From: an uncultured Caldimicrobium sp.
GTDB lineage: Bacteria; Desulfobacterota; Thermodesulfobacteria; Thermodesulfobacteriales; Thermodesulfobacteriaceae
NCBI GenBank assembly: GCA_964595655.1
Contig: CAZQQV010000001.1
Coordinates: forward strand, 1-58,571
Direction of reading: 5' to 3'
Length of the DNA stretch: 58,571 nucleotides
Each line of letters starts with the position of its first letter. Position 1 is the stretch's first letter. A program made the position numbers and the translations under genes. Positions 45,969 to 54,887 of this stretch are shown one piece after another. The notes under the pieces were generated by a model, which saw only the letters and a program-made list of their open reading frames with translations, was not told where the DNA came from and made no database searches.

Positions 45969-46315
45969 ATGAAGGTAGAACTTTATAAAAATTTAGTCAT
46001 GGATCAAGTTTTAACCCAAAAGGATTTGCATCCCCAAACTCAAGTAAGTCCTGCAAAAAAGAGGATTTGAAAGAACCCTCAATAAAACTTAGTAAAGAGA
46101 ATTTGAAAGAGCTTGCTGAACACTTTAAAGAATTTATCACCCTCTTTGATCTTGATGCCAAAATTGTTTATGATAAGAAATATCAAACTCTTGTAGTTCA
46201 GGTTATTCGAAAGGATACAGGAGAGATCATAAAACAAATTCCTCCGGAAGAACTCTTGAAGTTATCTCAAAGGCTTCAAGAACTTGTTGGTATCCTTCTT
46301 CAACATAAAGTTTAA
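45969..46315 (+). CDS. flaG: Flagellar protein FlaG, split by a -1 frameshift at 46055-46061
   Basis: C-terminal VVQVIRKDTGEIIKQIPPEELLKL...GIL is the FlaG signature; the SD-preceded ATG 45969 frame stops at 46068-46070. Confidence 0.8.
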
Positions 46316-46399
46316 GAATCTTGTCAAAGCTCATACTCTATGGTAATTTGCTGATAATCTATCGTTAAGCCATTTATAAAATTTTTGCAGGAGGCAATT

Positions 46400-47422
46400 A
46401 TGAAGGAATATACGGTGGCTGTGGTTGGGGCTACAGGTGCTGTTGGAAGAATGATGCTTACAGTTCTTGAAGAAAGAAACTTTCCTGTAAAAGATTTAAG
46501 ACTTTTTGCCTCACCCAAATCAAAGGGTGTAAAAATTCCCTTTCGCGGAGAAGAAATAGAGGTTGAGGTTCTTGAGGAGACAAAAAATTTCAAGGGAATT
46601 GATATTGCTCTTTTTTCTGCAGGGGCTTCAAGAAGCCTTGAATATGCCCCCAAATTTGCAGAAGATGGAGCTATTGTCATAGACAATTCTAGTGCCTGGA
46701 GGATGGACCCTGAGGTTCCTCTTGTTGTTCCAGAAGTGAATCCCCATGCCATCGTTCAATATAAAAATAAAGGTATTATTGCCAATCCCAATTGTTCCAC
46801 CATTCAAATGGTTGTTGCCTTAAAACCTCTTCATGATGTTGCTAAGATTAAAAGAATCGTTGTTTCAACCTATCAATCTGTTTCAGGAGCAGGACAAAAG
46901 GCTATTGATGAGCTTATTTCTCAGGTGAAAGCTTGGTGTTCAGGAGAACCTCTCCCTCCTCCAAAACACCTACCCCAAACCATAGCCTTCAATTGCATTC
47001 CCCAAATTGATGTTTTTCTATCAAATAGATACACTAAAGAAGAAATGAAAATGATTGAGGAAACAAAAAAAATTATGGAAGACCCCAATATTAGGGTTAC
47101 AGCAACTACAGTAAGAGTCCCTGTCTTTTATGGCCATGCCGAGGCTGTAAATATTGAAACAGAGAAGAAATTAACTGTTGAGGAAGCCATTGAAATTTTA
47201 AGAAAAGCCCCAGGCGTGGTGGTACTTGATGATCCCGAGCACAAACTTTATCCCCTTCAAATTGAGGTTGCTGGAAGAGACGAAGTCTTTGTGGGAAGAA
47301 TTAGAGAAGATTTTTCCATTGAAAATGGTCTTAATCTTTGGATTGTTGCAGACAATCTTAGAAAAGGGGCAGCAACCAATGCTGTCCAAATTGCTGAACT
47401 TTTAATTGAACGATACCTTTAA
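46400..47422 (+). CDS. asd: Aspartate-semialdehyde dehydrogenase
   Basis: VVGATGAVG, NPNCSTIQ, STYQSVSGAG, DNLRKGAA.NAVQIAE; ATG after GGAGG. Confidence 0.97.
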   Translation: MKEYTVAVVGATGAVGRMMLTVLEERNFPVKDLRLFASPKSKGVKIPFRGEEIEVEVLEETKNFKGIDIALFSAGASRSLEYAPKFAEDGAIVIDNSSAWRMDPEVPLVVPEVNPHAIVQYKNKGIIANPNCSTIQMVVALKPLHDVAKIKRIVVSTYQSVSGAGQKAIDELISQVKAWCSGEPLPPPKHLPQTIAFNCIPQIDVFLSNRYTKEEMKMIEETKKIMEDPNIRVTATTVRVPVFYGHAEAVNIETEKKLTVEEAIEILRKAPGVVVLDDPEHKLYPLQIEVAGRDEVFVGRIREDFSIENGLNLWIVADNLRKGAATNAVQIAELLIERYL

Positions 47423-47425
47423 GCC

Positions 47426-48526
47426 TTGGAAATTTTCGTTGAAAAATCTGCCCTACCCTACGCCTTAACCCAAGAAATTCTCAAAAGATATCCCCATTAT
47501 GAAATCATCCCCTCTTATGAGGCTTTTAAATGGGAAATTCTTCCGGAAGAGGAACTAATAACCCTTGGAAAAAGGCGTCTTTTTATTATGGAATTCAAAG
47601 GGGACTTTGTTAAAGCCTGTCCAGGAACTAAAAATTACCTTTGCTGTGGTTATCAGATCTTTCACATTGGTGAGGGATGCCCTCTCGATTGTTCCTATTG
47701 TATTCTTCAGCTCTATCTCAATAGGCCTGGGCTCAAAGTTTGGGGGAATCTTCTTGAAAATGGCCTAAAAGCCCTTGAGGAATTTTTGGAGGCACAAAAA
47801 AGAAACGGAAATGTTGTAAGAATTGGCACAGGCGAATTTACCGACAGTCTTGCCTTGGAGGGGATTACCCATATCTCTGAAAAACTAATTCATTTCTGGA
47901 AAGAAAAGGACCCTTATGGTGTGCTTGAATTAAAGACCAAGGTGTCTCTTTCAAAGGAGTTTTTTGAGAGATTGGAAGGAGACCCAAGGGTAATTTTTGC
48001 CTGGTCTGTGAATACTGAGAAAATCATCTCCTCTGAGGAAAAAGGCACAGCCCCTCTTTCTGCAAGGCTTGAGAGCGCTAAAAGAGCAATAGAAAGGGGC
48101 TTTACTGTAGCCTTTCATTTTGATCCTATAATATTTTATCCCGAGGGAGAAAAAGAATATCCCCTTGTCCTTGAAAGAATTCTCAATACAATCCCCCTTG
48201 ATAAAATTGCCTGGATAAGCTTTGGGACCTTAAGATATCCCAAGGTTTTAAAAGAAATTGCCTTAAAAAGATTTCCCCATACAACCATTTATTCCTTTGA
48301 ATTTATAGAGGGGCTTGACCAAAAGAAAAGATACTTTGTAGATGTAAGGAAGTCCCTCTATAAAGCTTTTCAGAAGCTTCTTCAAGACACTATGGATAAA
48401 GTAACCTACTATTTTTGTATGGAAAGTGAAAGAATCTGGGAGGAAGTTTTGGGGATCCCCTTAAAAACATCTAAAGAGGTAGCCCAAAGGCTTGATAGGG
48501 TTGCCCAGAAATTATGTCTTCTTTAA
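47426..48526 (+). CDS. Spore photoproduct lyase (SplB)-family radical SAM protein
   Basis: CPLDCSYC, GTGEFTDSLALE, ELKTK, HFDPII, YFCMES. Confidence 0.85.
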   Translation: MEIFVEKSALPYALTQEILKRYPHYEIIPSYEAFKWEILPEEELITLGKRRLFIMEFKGDFVKACPGTKNYLCCGYQIFHIGEGCPLDCSYCILQLYLNRPGLKVWGNLLENGLKALEEFLEAQKRNGNVVRIGTGEFTDSLALEGITHISEKLIHFWKEKDPYGVLELKTKVSLSKEFFERLEGDPRVIFAWSVNTEKIISSEEKGTAPLSARLESAKRAIERGFTVAFHFDPIIFYPEGEKEYPLVLERILNTIPLDKIAWISFGTLRYPKVLKEIALKRFPHTTIYSFEFIEGLDQKKRYFVDVRKSLYKAFQKLLQDTMDKVTYYFCMESERIWEEVLGIPLKTSKEVAQRLDRVAQKLCLL

Positions 48527-49770
48527 CCTTCTTAATTTTACTTTTCATTATTTCTTTATTAGTCTCTTCCTGCCAAAGAAATATTTCAAAGGAGTTTACT
48601 TGTTCTGACTGCCATAAAGTTAAGATTTCACAATCACATAAAAGGCTTTCTTGCAGTTCTTGCCATGGAGGCATTGAAAAAGCTATGAATAAAGAAACCG
48701 CCCACAAAGGTCTTAAAACCACTTTTACTTATAGAGAGGTTGAAAAAATATGCAATAATTGTCATAAAGAGGAAGTTAAAAATTTTAAGGGAACTCTTCA
48801 TTTTACCTATGAGAAAGAATTAAAAGGGATTTTTAAAGGCTTTAATATCCCTTTAAAAGTTAACAATCTCTTTGAATTTTCTCTTCTTGATGGAGATTTT
48901 AAGAGCCGCGAGGGGATACTTATTGATTTTTTAAAAAGAAGATGTCTTACTTGCCATATCTTTAGTAAAGGTGAAGCCTACCCCATGACTAAAAGACAAA
49001 AAGGTTGTTTTAGTTGTCATAGACCTCATGAGCTTTCAAAGCCAGGGGATGAGACCTGCCTTTCCTGCCATTACAGTATAAGAATAGGCTGGGATTATTA
49101 CGGATATTCCCCACATCCCTGGTTTGTGGATTATCGCTCTCCCTTTATAAATGGCAAGGAGCCAGAAAGACCTTATGGCATTGAAGCCTATCTCCTAAAG
49201 GAAGATATTCATAAAGAAAAGGCCCTAAAATGCATTGAATGTCATCCCAAAGAGGAAATTATGGACGGAAGGAAAAAAGCCTCCTGTTTTTCCTGTCATA
49301 AGACTCTAAAAGGAAACTTTCATAAAAAGAGCGTCCTTGCAAGAGTTCGCTGTGAGGTCTGTCATGCAGGCTTTATTAATCAGGATGAATTAAAAATATG
49401 TTATTTAGAACTTGAGCCAGATTTATGGAAATGGACTGAACTTTCAATCCAAGAATCCTACGAGATAGAACACCTGATTAGTGACTATTTGAAGGGAAAA
49501 CCTGTTAGAATGGCTATGACCGATAAATTTACCGAGAAAGAAAAGGAAGGGCTTTGGCTTTGTACCCTAGGAAATAGAACCTTTTTAGATTTCAAAATAG
49601 GAAAAGATGAAAAGGGAAGATTTTGCATAAAAAGACAAGAAAGATTGAAACTTATCTTTGAAGAAGTAACCCTTGAGGGGATCTTTGAAAACTGTAAAGT
49701 TCCTCACACTATAAGTAAAGGCGATATTAACAGAAGTTTAAAAATACTAAAAATGCTTGGAGAATATTGA
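48514..49770 (+). CDS. Multiheme c-type cytochrome lipoprotein (9 CxxCH)
   Basis: Lipobox-like LVSSC; CSDCH, CSSCH, CNNCH, CLTCH, CFSCH, CLSCH, CIECH, CFSCH, CEVCH. Confidence 0.85.
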   Translation: MSSLTFLILLFIISLLVSSCQRNISKEFTCSDCHKVKISQSHKRLSCSSCHGGIEKAMNKETAHKGLKTTFTYREVEKICNNCHKEEVKNFKGTLHFTYEKELKGIFKGFNIPLKVNNLFEFSLLDGDFKSREGILIDFLKRRCLTCHIFSKGEAYPMTKRQKGCFSCHRPHELSKPGDETCLSCHYSIRIGWDYYGYSPHPWFVDYRSPFINGKEPERPYGIEAYLLKEDIHKEKALKCIECHPKEEIMDGRKKASCFSCHKTLKGNFHKKSVLARVRCEVCHAGFINQDELKICYLELEPDLWKWTELSIQESYEIEHLISDYLKGKPVRMAMTDKFTEKEKEGLWLCTLGNRTFLDFKIGKDEKGRFCIKRQERLKLIFEEVTLEGIFENCKVPHTISKGDINRSLKILKMLGEY

Positions 49771-50957
49771 AAATGAAATATTATCCAATTAAACTTAATT
49801 TAGAGGGAATTAAAAAAGTTTTGTCAGGAGAACTTTGGTTAACTCTTAAAGATACCCTTGAGGGACAAATCTTAAGAGAAAAAATTGAACCAGGAACTCT
49901 TGTAACTCTCTTAAGTAAAGAAGGCCACTTTCTTGCCCAGGCTTATTTCAACCCAAATGTGTATTATGCCATAAAAATTTTATCAACAAAAGAGGTCTCC
50001 ATTGATAAAGAATTTTTCAAAAATGTCTTCATAAAAGCCCTTGAGATAAGAAAAAGATTCTATCCAGGTGAAGAGGTTTTTCGTTTAATTCACGGAGAAG
50101 GAGATTATCTTCCCGGACTAATTATTGATATATACAAAGAATTTGCCGTGCTTCAATTCCACACTCTTGGTATAGAAAAACTTAAAAATGAAATTGTTGA
50201 AGCCCTAAAAGAAAGCCTTCCCTTTTTAAAAGGCCTTGTTTTAAAAAATGATTTTGAAAAAAGAAAAGAAGAAAATCTTTCTCAATATGTGGAATTTTTG
50301 GGAAGTTTTAAGGAAGATCCCCTTTTGGTGGAGATGGATGGAATAAAATTTTTAATTCCCCTTGAGAGGGGGCAAAAGACAGGTTTTTTTCTCGATCAGA
50401 GGGAAAATAGAAGACTTGTTATGAGGATAGCACGAGATCTCATTATTGTTGATGGTTTTTCCTATCTTGGTGGTTTTTCCTTCTATGCATTAAAGGGTGG
50501 TGCAAAAAGGGCTTACTTAATTGACCGCTCAAGCTTTGCCCTTGATCTTGCCCTTGAGATTGCCAAAATTAATGGCTTTAAAAATAAAGTAATACCTGTT
50601 GAGGGGGATGTATTCCAAATTTTGAAAAATCCACCCACCGAGGGCGACATTCTTATCCTCGACCCTCCAGCTTTTATAAAAGCAAAAAGGGATAAACCAA
50701 GGGGCATAAAAAAATACGAAGAGCTCTATAATTTAGGCCTGAATTTTTTTAAAGATAGAGGGGGCTTCCTTTTCCTCTTTTCCTGTTCTCACTTTTTAAC
50801 CATAGAGGAACAAAAATATTTGGTAAAAAAGCTTTTAGCCACCAAAAATTTAAAGGCAAGGATTTTATATCATCTTTTTCAAGCTCCTGATCACCCCATA
50901 AATCCTACAGTTGAAGAAACAGAGTATTTGAAGGGTTTGCTCTTAAGAATTAACTAA
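49767..50957 (+). CDS. RlmI-like 23S rRNA m5C methyltransferase
   Basis: RLIHGEGDYLPGL, GQKTGFFLDQRENR, LDPPAF, FSCSH, PDHP...ETEYLK. Confidence 0.88.
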   Translation: MKMKYYPIKLNLEGIKKVLSGELWLTLKDTLEGQILREKIEPGTLVTLLSKEGHFLAQAYFNPNVYYAIKILSTKEVSIDKEFFKNVFIKALEIRKRFYPGEEVFRLIHGEGDYLPGLIIDIYKEFAVLQFHTLGIEKLKNEIVEALKESLPFLKGLVLKNDFEKRKEENLSQYVEFLGSFKEDPLLVEMDGIKFLIPLERGQKTGFFLDQRENRRLVMRIARDLIIVDGFSYLGGFSFYALKGGAKRAYLIDRSSFALDLALEIAKINGFKNKVIPVEGDVFQILKNPPTEGDILILDPPAFIKAKRDKPRGIKKYEELYNLGLNFFKDRGGFLFLFSCSHFLTIEEQKYLVKKLLATKNLKARILYHLFQAPDHPINPTVEETEYLKGLLLRIN

Positions 50958-51847
50958 GCCATCAGTTCCTTTCTTTCAGAAAGGGGTCTGACTTCTTCAT
51001 TGGTTGGATTTAAAATAGCCTTTTTTAAGATTTCTAAGAACTCAAGCTGGGTTAATTCCTCTACTTTAAGAACCAATCCCTCAAGATAAACCTTTGAAGG
51101 TTCAAGAGAATTGTAATAAAACAAATAGGAATCACTTTTTATTTCAGGCTGTAAATAAACAAGAAACTCCCTAACGAAGGTGTCTTTGTTTAGATAGTCC
51201 CTCAAAAAAAATTTTTCCTCCCTAAAGGAACGTTCAAGAAAATTCCAAGGCTCAAAATACTCCCTCTTAATGGTTCCCAAAAATTTGTAATTTTTGATTT
51301 TGAAAAAGTTTTCCTGAGAGGCCCCTCTTTTTAAAACGAAGTCTTCATTAGGAAAAATCACCTCTTTAAAGAACTGTTTTTTCTTTTTAAAGCTTACATA
51401 GTCTGATAAATTTATATGGGAGACAATATCAAGAACTTTAACTTTCAACACAGAGCCTCTCTGAAATGCCTCTTTGAAAAATTCTGCTCCCCTTTCAAGA
51501 AAATACCAGAATCTTTCCTTAAGAAGTTCATTTAAATAAAGAAGTTTTCTGTGAGCATTTTGGAGCTCTTCAAGCTCTCTTTTTAAAGTTTTTCTTGAAA
51601 GCCTCTGTACATAGGCCTTCTTATAGTTTAAAAAAGCTTGGGGATTTTTTTCATAATTTAAGGCCTCAAAGGCAAGATTTAGTTCCAGAGCCTTCTTTGG
51701 ATCCCCTCCCCTATCGGGATGATAATACAGTTGAAGGGTTCTATAAATTCCCTTTATTATCTTAAAAAGAACTTCATCATTAAGCTCTTTTGCTAATTGA
51801 GGATTTATACCAAATACCTCAAAGGGATTTCTTTTTAATTTTCTCAT
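50954..51847 (-). CDS. J-domain protein with unknown C-terminal domain
   Basis: NPFEVFGI...YRTLQLYYHPDRGG...ELNLAFE. Confidence 0.75.
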   Translation of the reverse strand: MRKLKRNPFEVFGINPQLAKELNDEVLFKIIKGIYRTLQLYYHPDRGGDPKKALELNLAFEALNYEKNPQAFLNYKKAYVQRLSRKTLKRELEELQNAHRKLLYLNELLKERFWYFLERGAEFFKEAFQRGSVLKVKVLDIVSHINLSDYVSFKKKKQFFKEVIFPNEDFVLKRGASQENFFKIKNYKFLGTIKREYFEPWNFLERSFREEKFFLRDYLNKDTFVREFLVYLQPEIKSDSYLFYYNSLEPSKVYLEGLVLKVEELTQLEFLEILKKAILNPTNEEVRPLSERKELMA

Positions 51848-51859
51848 AAAATCAACCTA

Positions 51860-52552
51860 TTATTGCACATTTTCAATAAAATGTCTAAAAAATAAAAGTA
51901 ACTTTTCTCTTAAAGTTTTAAGCTTAGATTCAGGTCTTTTTGAGAGGGTTTTTCCAATTTCATCGGTAATAAACAAAAGAGAAAGGGCCTTTATATTATA
52001 GTAGGCACTTACGGCGTATAAAGCAGAGGTCTCCATATCCATGGCCTGAGCTTTATTTAATAATAATTTAAAATCACTTAAATTTTTTTCTACAACATGC
52101 GGGGCATCAACTGTTAAAATTTTTCCTATTTTAAAGGGAATATTTGATATTTTAAAGAATCTTTCTAAGTTTAAGAGAAAATCTCTATCAGCTTTAAAAA
52201 CTTTTTTTCTCTTATAGTATAATTTAGAAGTGCCTTCAAGGGAAAAGGCTTTCTCTGGAATAAAAAGATCTCCAATTTCCAAGGATCCATAAGGACTTTT
52301 ACCTGCCCACCCCACAAACAAAACTTCACTGATCCCCTTTTCTTTGAGAAGCTCTATCAATAAGGCAAGGGTTGGAGATGAAATAAGAGGTCCGCCAAAA
52401 ATAACATCCTTATTTACTCTTTTAAGAAAAATATTAAGCCATTTAACTGAATCAATAAAGTCAAATTTCTGAGAAAAGTAGTTCCACTCGGGAAGGGGAG
52501 AAAAAATTATTGCCTTTTTAACTTCAGCAAACCCAAGTTTAGGAAGAAACAC
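51860..52552 (-). CDS. Nucleoside phosphorylase (PNP/UDP family)
   Basis: FVGWAG, IGDLFIP..A...EGTS..Y, TVDAP, AMDMETSAL, ITDE. Confidence 0.8.
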   Translation of the reverse strand: MFLPKLGFAEVKKAIIFSPLPEWNYFSQKFDFIDSVKWLNIFLKRVNKDVIFGGPLISSPTLALLIELLKEKGISEVLFVGWAGKSPYGSLEIGDLFIPEKAFSLEGTSKLYYKRKKVFKADRDFLLNLERFFKISNIPFKIGKILTVDAPHVVEKNLSDFKLLLNKAQAMDMETSALYAVSAYYNIKALSLLFITDEIGKTLSKRPESKLKTLREKLLLFFRHFIENVQ

Positions 52553-52558
52553 AGATAA

Positions 52559-52587
52559 ATTATAAGCCTAATCTTCTTCCTCTTCAA
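52559..52587 (-). promoter_or_regulatory. Sigma70 promoter giving a leaderless nucleoside phosphorylase mRNA
   Basis: TTGAAG-17 nt-TATAAT-6 nt-GTG start. Confidence 0.65.
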
Positions 52588-52921
52588 TTAAATCCTCAAA
52601 AATATCATAACATTCTTTTACCAGACACTCCTTGTCAGGAAAATGACACTGGCCCACCTTTCTCTGAGGAATAGGGTTTTCAGGAAGTTTTATTTGACTT
52701 AAAATATCCTCTACATCATTAAGTTTATTTTTAAAAATTTCTGGAACACTCTCTAAATCAGCAATCTCTTTGAACTCCTTAAACTCTTCCATAAGTTCTT
52801 CTGCTACCTCTTTTCTTGACTTACAGACTGAACATCTCGGATCTGTCTGCTGAAGTTTAAGAACCCCCGCCATAAAATAAAAAGCCCTTATTTTGTTGAT
52901 TAAAAGCTTCTCTTTCTCCAT
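52568..52921 (-). CDS. Hypothetical Cys-containing protein
   Basis: GGAGG SD; CSVC and C-terminal CHFPDKECLVKEC. Confidence 0.65.
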   Translation of the reverse strand: MEKEKLLINKIRAFYFMAGVLKLQQTDPRCSVCKSRKEVAEELMEEFKEFKEIADLESVPEIFKNKLNDVEDILSQIKLPENPIPQRKVGQCHFPDKECLVKECYDIFEDLIEEEED

Positions 52922-53200
52922 CTCTTCCCCTCCTTGCCTTCTGAAAGAATATTTCTTTATTTATATTTTAGTAAGATTTCTTATCTAAAATTTGATAGAT
53001 TGTGAAAAGTTTCCTTATTTATCAAACTTTTTTGAGACAAAAGCCCTAAAATTTTCATGCCTTTGCGGGGATCACCCAAAAGATATGGGAACTTTTCCGC
53101 TGCTGTAATTCTTGCCATTTTGTAAAGAAATTTTTAAAATTAAATTTTGATAAACTCCTTTAAAGACTCAATCAAAATTTTTATGGGGAGGGATAAGATT

Positions 53201-53746
53201 ATGGTTAAACTTGAGATTGGAAATTGTGTGCTTGAGCTTGTAAAGGGAGACATTACCGAGGAGGAGGTTGAGGCTATTGTGAATGCTGCTAATGAGAAAT
53301 TAATTCCTGGAGGAGGGGTGGATGGAGCCATTCACCGAAAAGGAGGGCCAGCTATCTTAGAGGAGTTGCGAGCCAAATATACCCATTGTCCCACAGGAGA
53401 AGCTGTGATTACAGGAGGAGGAAATCTAAAAGCACGCTATGTAATCCATGCTGTTGGGCCCATTTATAAAGATGGAAAAAGTGGAGAAGCAGAACTTCTT
53501 TCCAGGGCTTACCAGAGTGCCCTAAAAAAAGCCCTTGAACTAAATCTTAATTCAATTGCCTTTCCTGCCCTCTCAACAGGTGCCTATGGCTATCCCATTG
53601 AAGAAGCTGCTCAAATCGCCCTAAAAAGTATAATCGAGTTTTTAAAGGAATATCAAAAACCAAAATTTGTAAAAATGGTTCTTTTTCTTGAGGAGCACTA
53701 CAACACCTTTGTAAGAATGCTTGAAAAATTAAAAGCTAATTTGTAA
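53201..53746 (+). CDS. Macrodomain protein (O-acetyl-ADP-ribose deacetylase, YmdB-like)
   Basis: GDIT, AIVNAAN..L..GGGVDGAIH, HAVGP, AFPALSTGAYGYP; start moved to ATG 53201. Confidence 0.92.
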   Translation: MVKLEIGNCVLELVKGDITEEEVEAIVNAANEKLIPGGGVDGAIHRKGGPAILEELRAKYTHCPTGEAVITGGGNLKARYVIHAVGPIYKDGKSGEAELLSRAYQSALKKALELNLNSIAFPALSTGAYGYPIEEAAQIALKSIIEFLKEYQKPKFVKMVLFLEEHYNTFVRMLEKLKANL

Positions 53747-54878
53747 TCTCTCTTTCAATTTTTTCGGCTGGTCTTTCTAAACGATAATAATTTAGCATAT
53801 TTATAAAGCTTTCAAGTTTAAGGGGATTTTCTTCAAAATAAAAAAGATGAGATTGGCAGTTACAATCTGAGGAGCCAAAATTTGGGATATAGTCATTGGC
53901 AAAATTCATTAAGTCTCTGGCAATTAGGCACTCAAGATCTTCAGAGCTAACTATTGAGATAGCTTTAAATAAAAGGGCCTCTTCTAAAAAATAATCAATA
54001 TGCCATTTCTTTTTCTTGTTTTTTCGCATATGTCTCTTTATTCTTTCTATAAGATTTTTCCTGCCTGAACCCACATAGATATAAAATCCCTTTTGAAATG
54101 GTATTTTACCAAGCCCAGCAATATTTATAAATCTATTCTGCCTTAGCTGAAGAATCAAAAGATAACTTCCTCTATTTCCAAATTCCTTTTTCAAAAATTC
54201 CACAGGAATTATCAAGCTTTTTACTTTTTCAATGTTTTCAAGATCTTGTGAAAATTGAACAGAAATAGCCTCATATCTTACGCTCTCAAAAGTTTCAAGA
54301 AAGGATTTTGTAAATTCAAAATCAATGTGATAGGCTGGAAGAAAATACTTCACTTCTGGGCTCATCACCACAAAAAGGCATCCTGCTTGATAACCTTCCT
54401 CTTTCAATTTCATAAGTTCATAGAGATGCCTTGTTCCCCTCTTTGTTTCAGCATCAGGAAAAAGGGCAAGCTTTTCTGCAAAGAGAGTGCAAGTCTTTAT
54501 TTCAAGATAAAGTTTTTCGCCCTTCACTTGATCCTCAAGAAGAAGATCAAGTCTCCCTGAAGAAACCTTTGGTTCTCGCTTTAAAACCCTATAATCTTTA
54601 AAAGAAGGTATTTTCCCCTCTTCAATTAAACTGGCAACATAGTGATTAGTGAGGTGAGTATGAAGAAGCACTGGATAGTCTTTATGAAGACAAGCTATCA
54701 CGGTATAGGGGTATTTTTCCCCTCTTCCTTTCCTCAAGAGTAATGGCTTCCCAGGAAGAAGAAGCTCCCAGAGTCTTCCAGGATTTGGAAGATAGGCAAG
54801 CTCTTCTTTTTTCTCCATTTTGACTTTTACAACAAATCTATTTAATCTTTCAAGAAAAAGGGCCTTTAAAAGCTCCAT
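53736..54878 (-). CDS. sfsA: SfsA nuclease fused to a DUF123 (GIY-YIG/Uri) domain
   Basis: RLNRF, PNPGRL.EL, RLDLLL, EIK.CTL, FPDA.T.RG.RHL; then GSYLL, YIYVGSG, WHIDY, FGSSDC.C.SHL. Confidence 0.88.
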   Translation of the reverse strand: MELLKALFLERLNRFVVKVKMEKKEELAYLPNPGRLWELLLPGKPLLLRKGRGEKYPYTVIACLHKDYPVLLHTHLTNHYVASLIEEGKIPSFKDYRVLKREPKVSSGRLDLLLEDQVKGEKLYLEIKTCTLFAEKLALFPDAETKRGTRHLYELMKLKEEGYQAGCLFVVMSPEVKYFLPAYHIDFEFTKSFLETFESVRYEAISVQFSQDLENIEKVKSLIIPVEFLKKEFGNRGSYLLILQLRQNRFINIAGLGKIPFQKGFYIYVGSGRKNLIERIKRHMRKNKKKKWHIDYFLEEALLFKAISIVSSEDLECLIARDLMNFANDYIPNFGSSDCNCQSHLFYFEENPLKLESFINMLNYYRLERPAEKIEREITN

Positions 54879-54887
54879 AACACAACT

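Noticed and set aside
53000-53017. Rex-like operator TTGTGAAAAGTTTCCTTA
   Set aside because: The right half-site deviates too much from TTCACAA in an AT-rich context.
53086-53108. Cobalamin-riboswitch-like words GGGAA...CCGCTGCTGTAA
   Set aside because: The intervening conserved helices are missing and the downstream gene is unrelated to B12.
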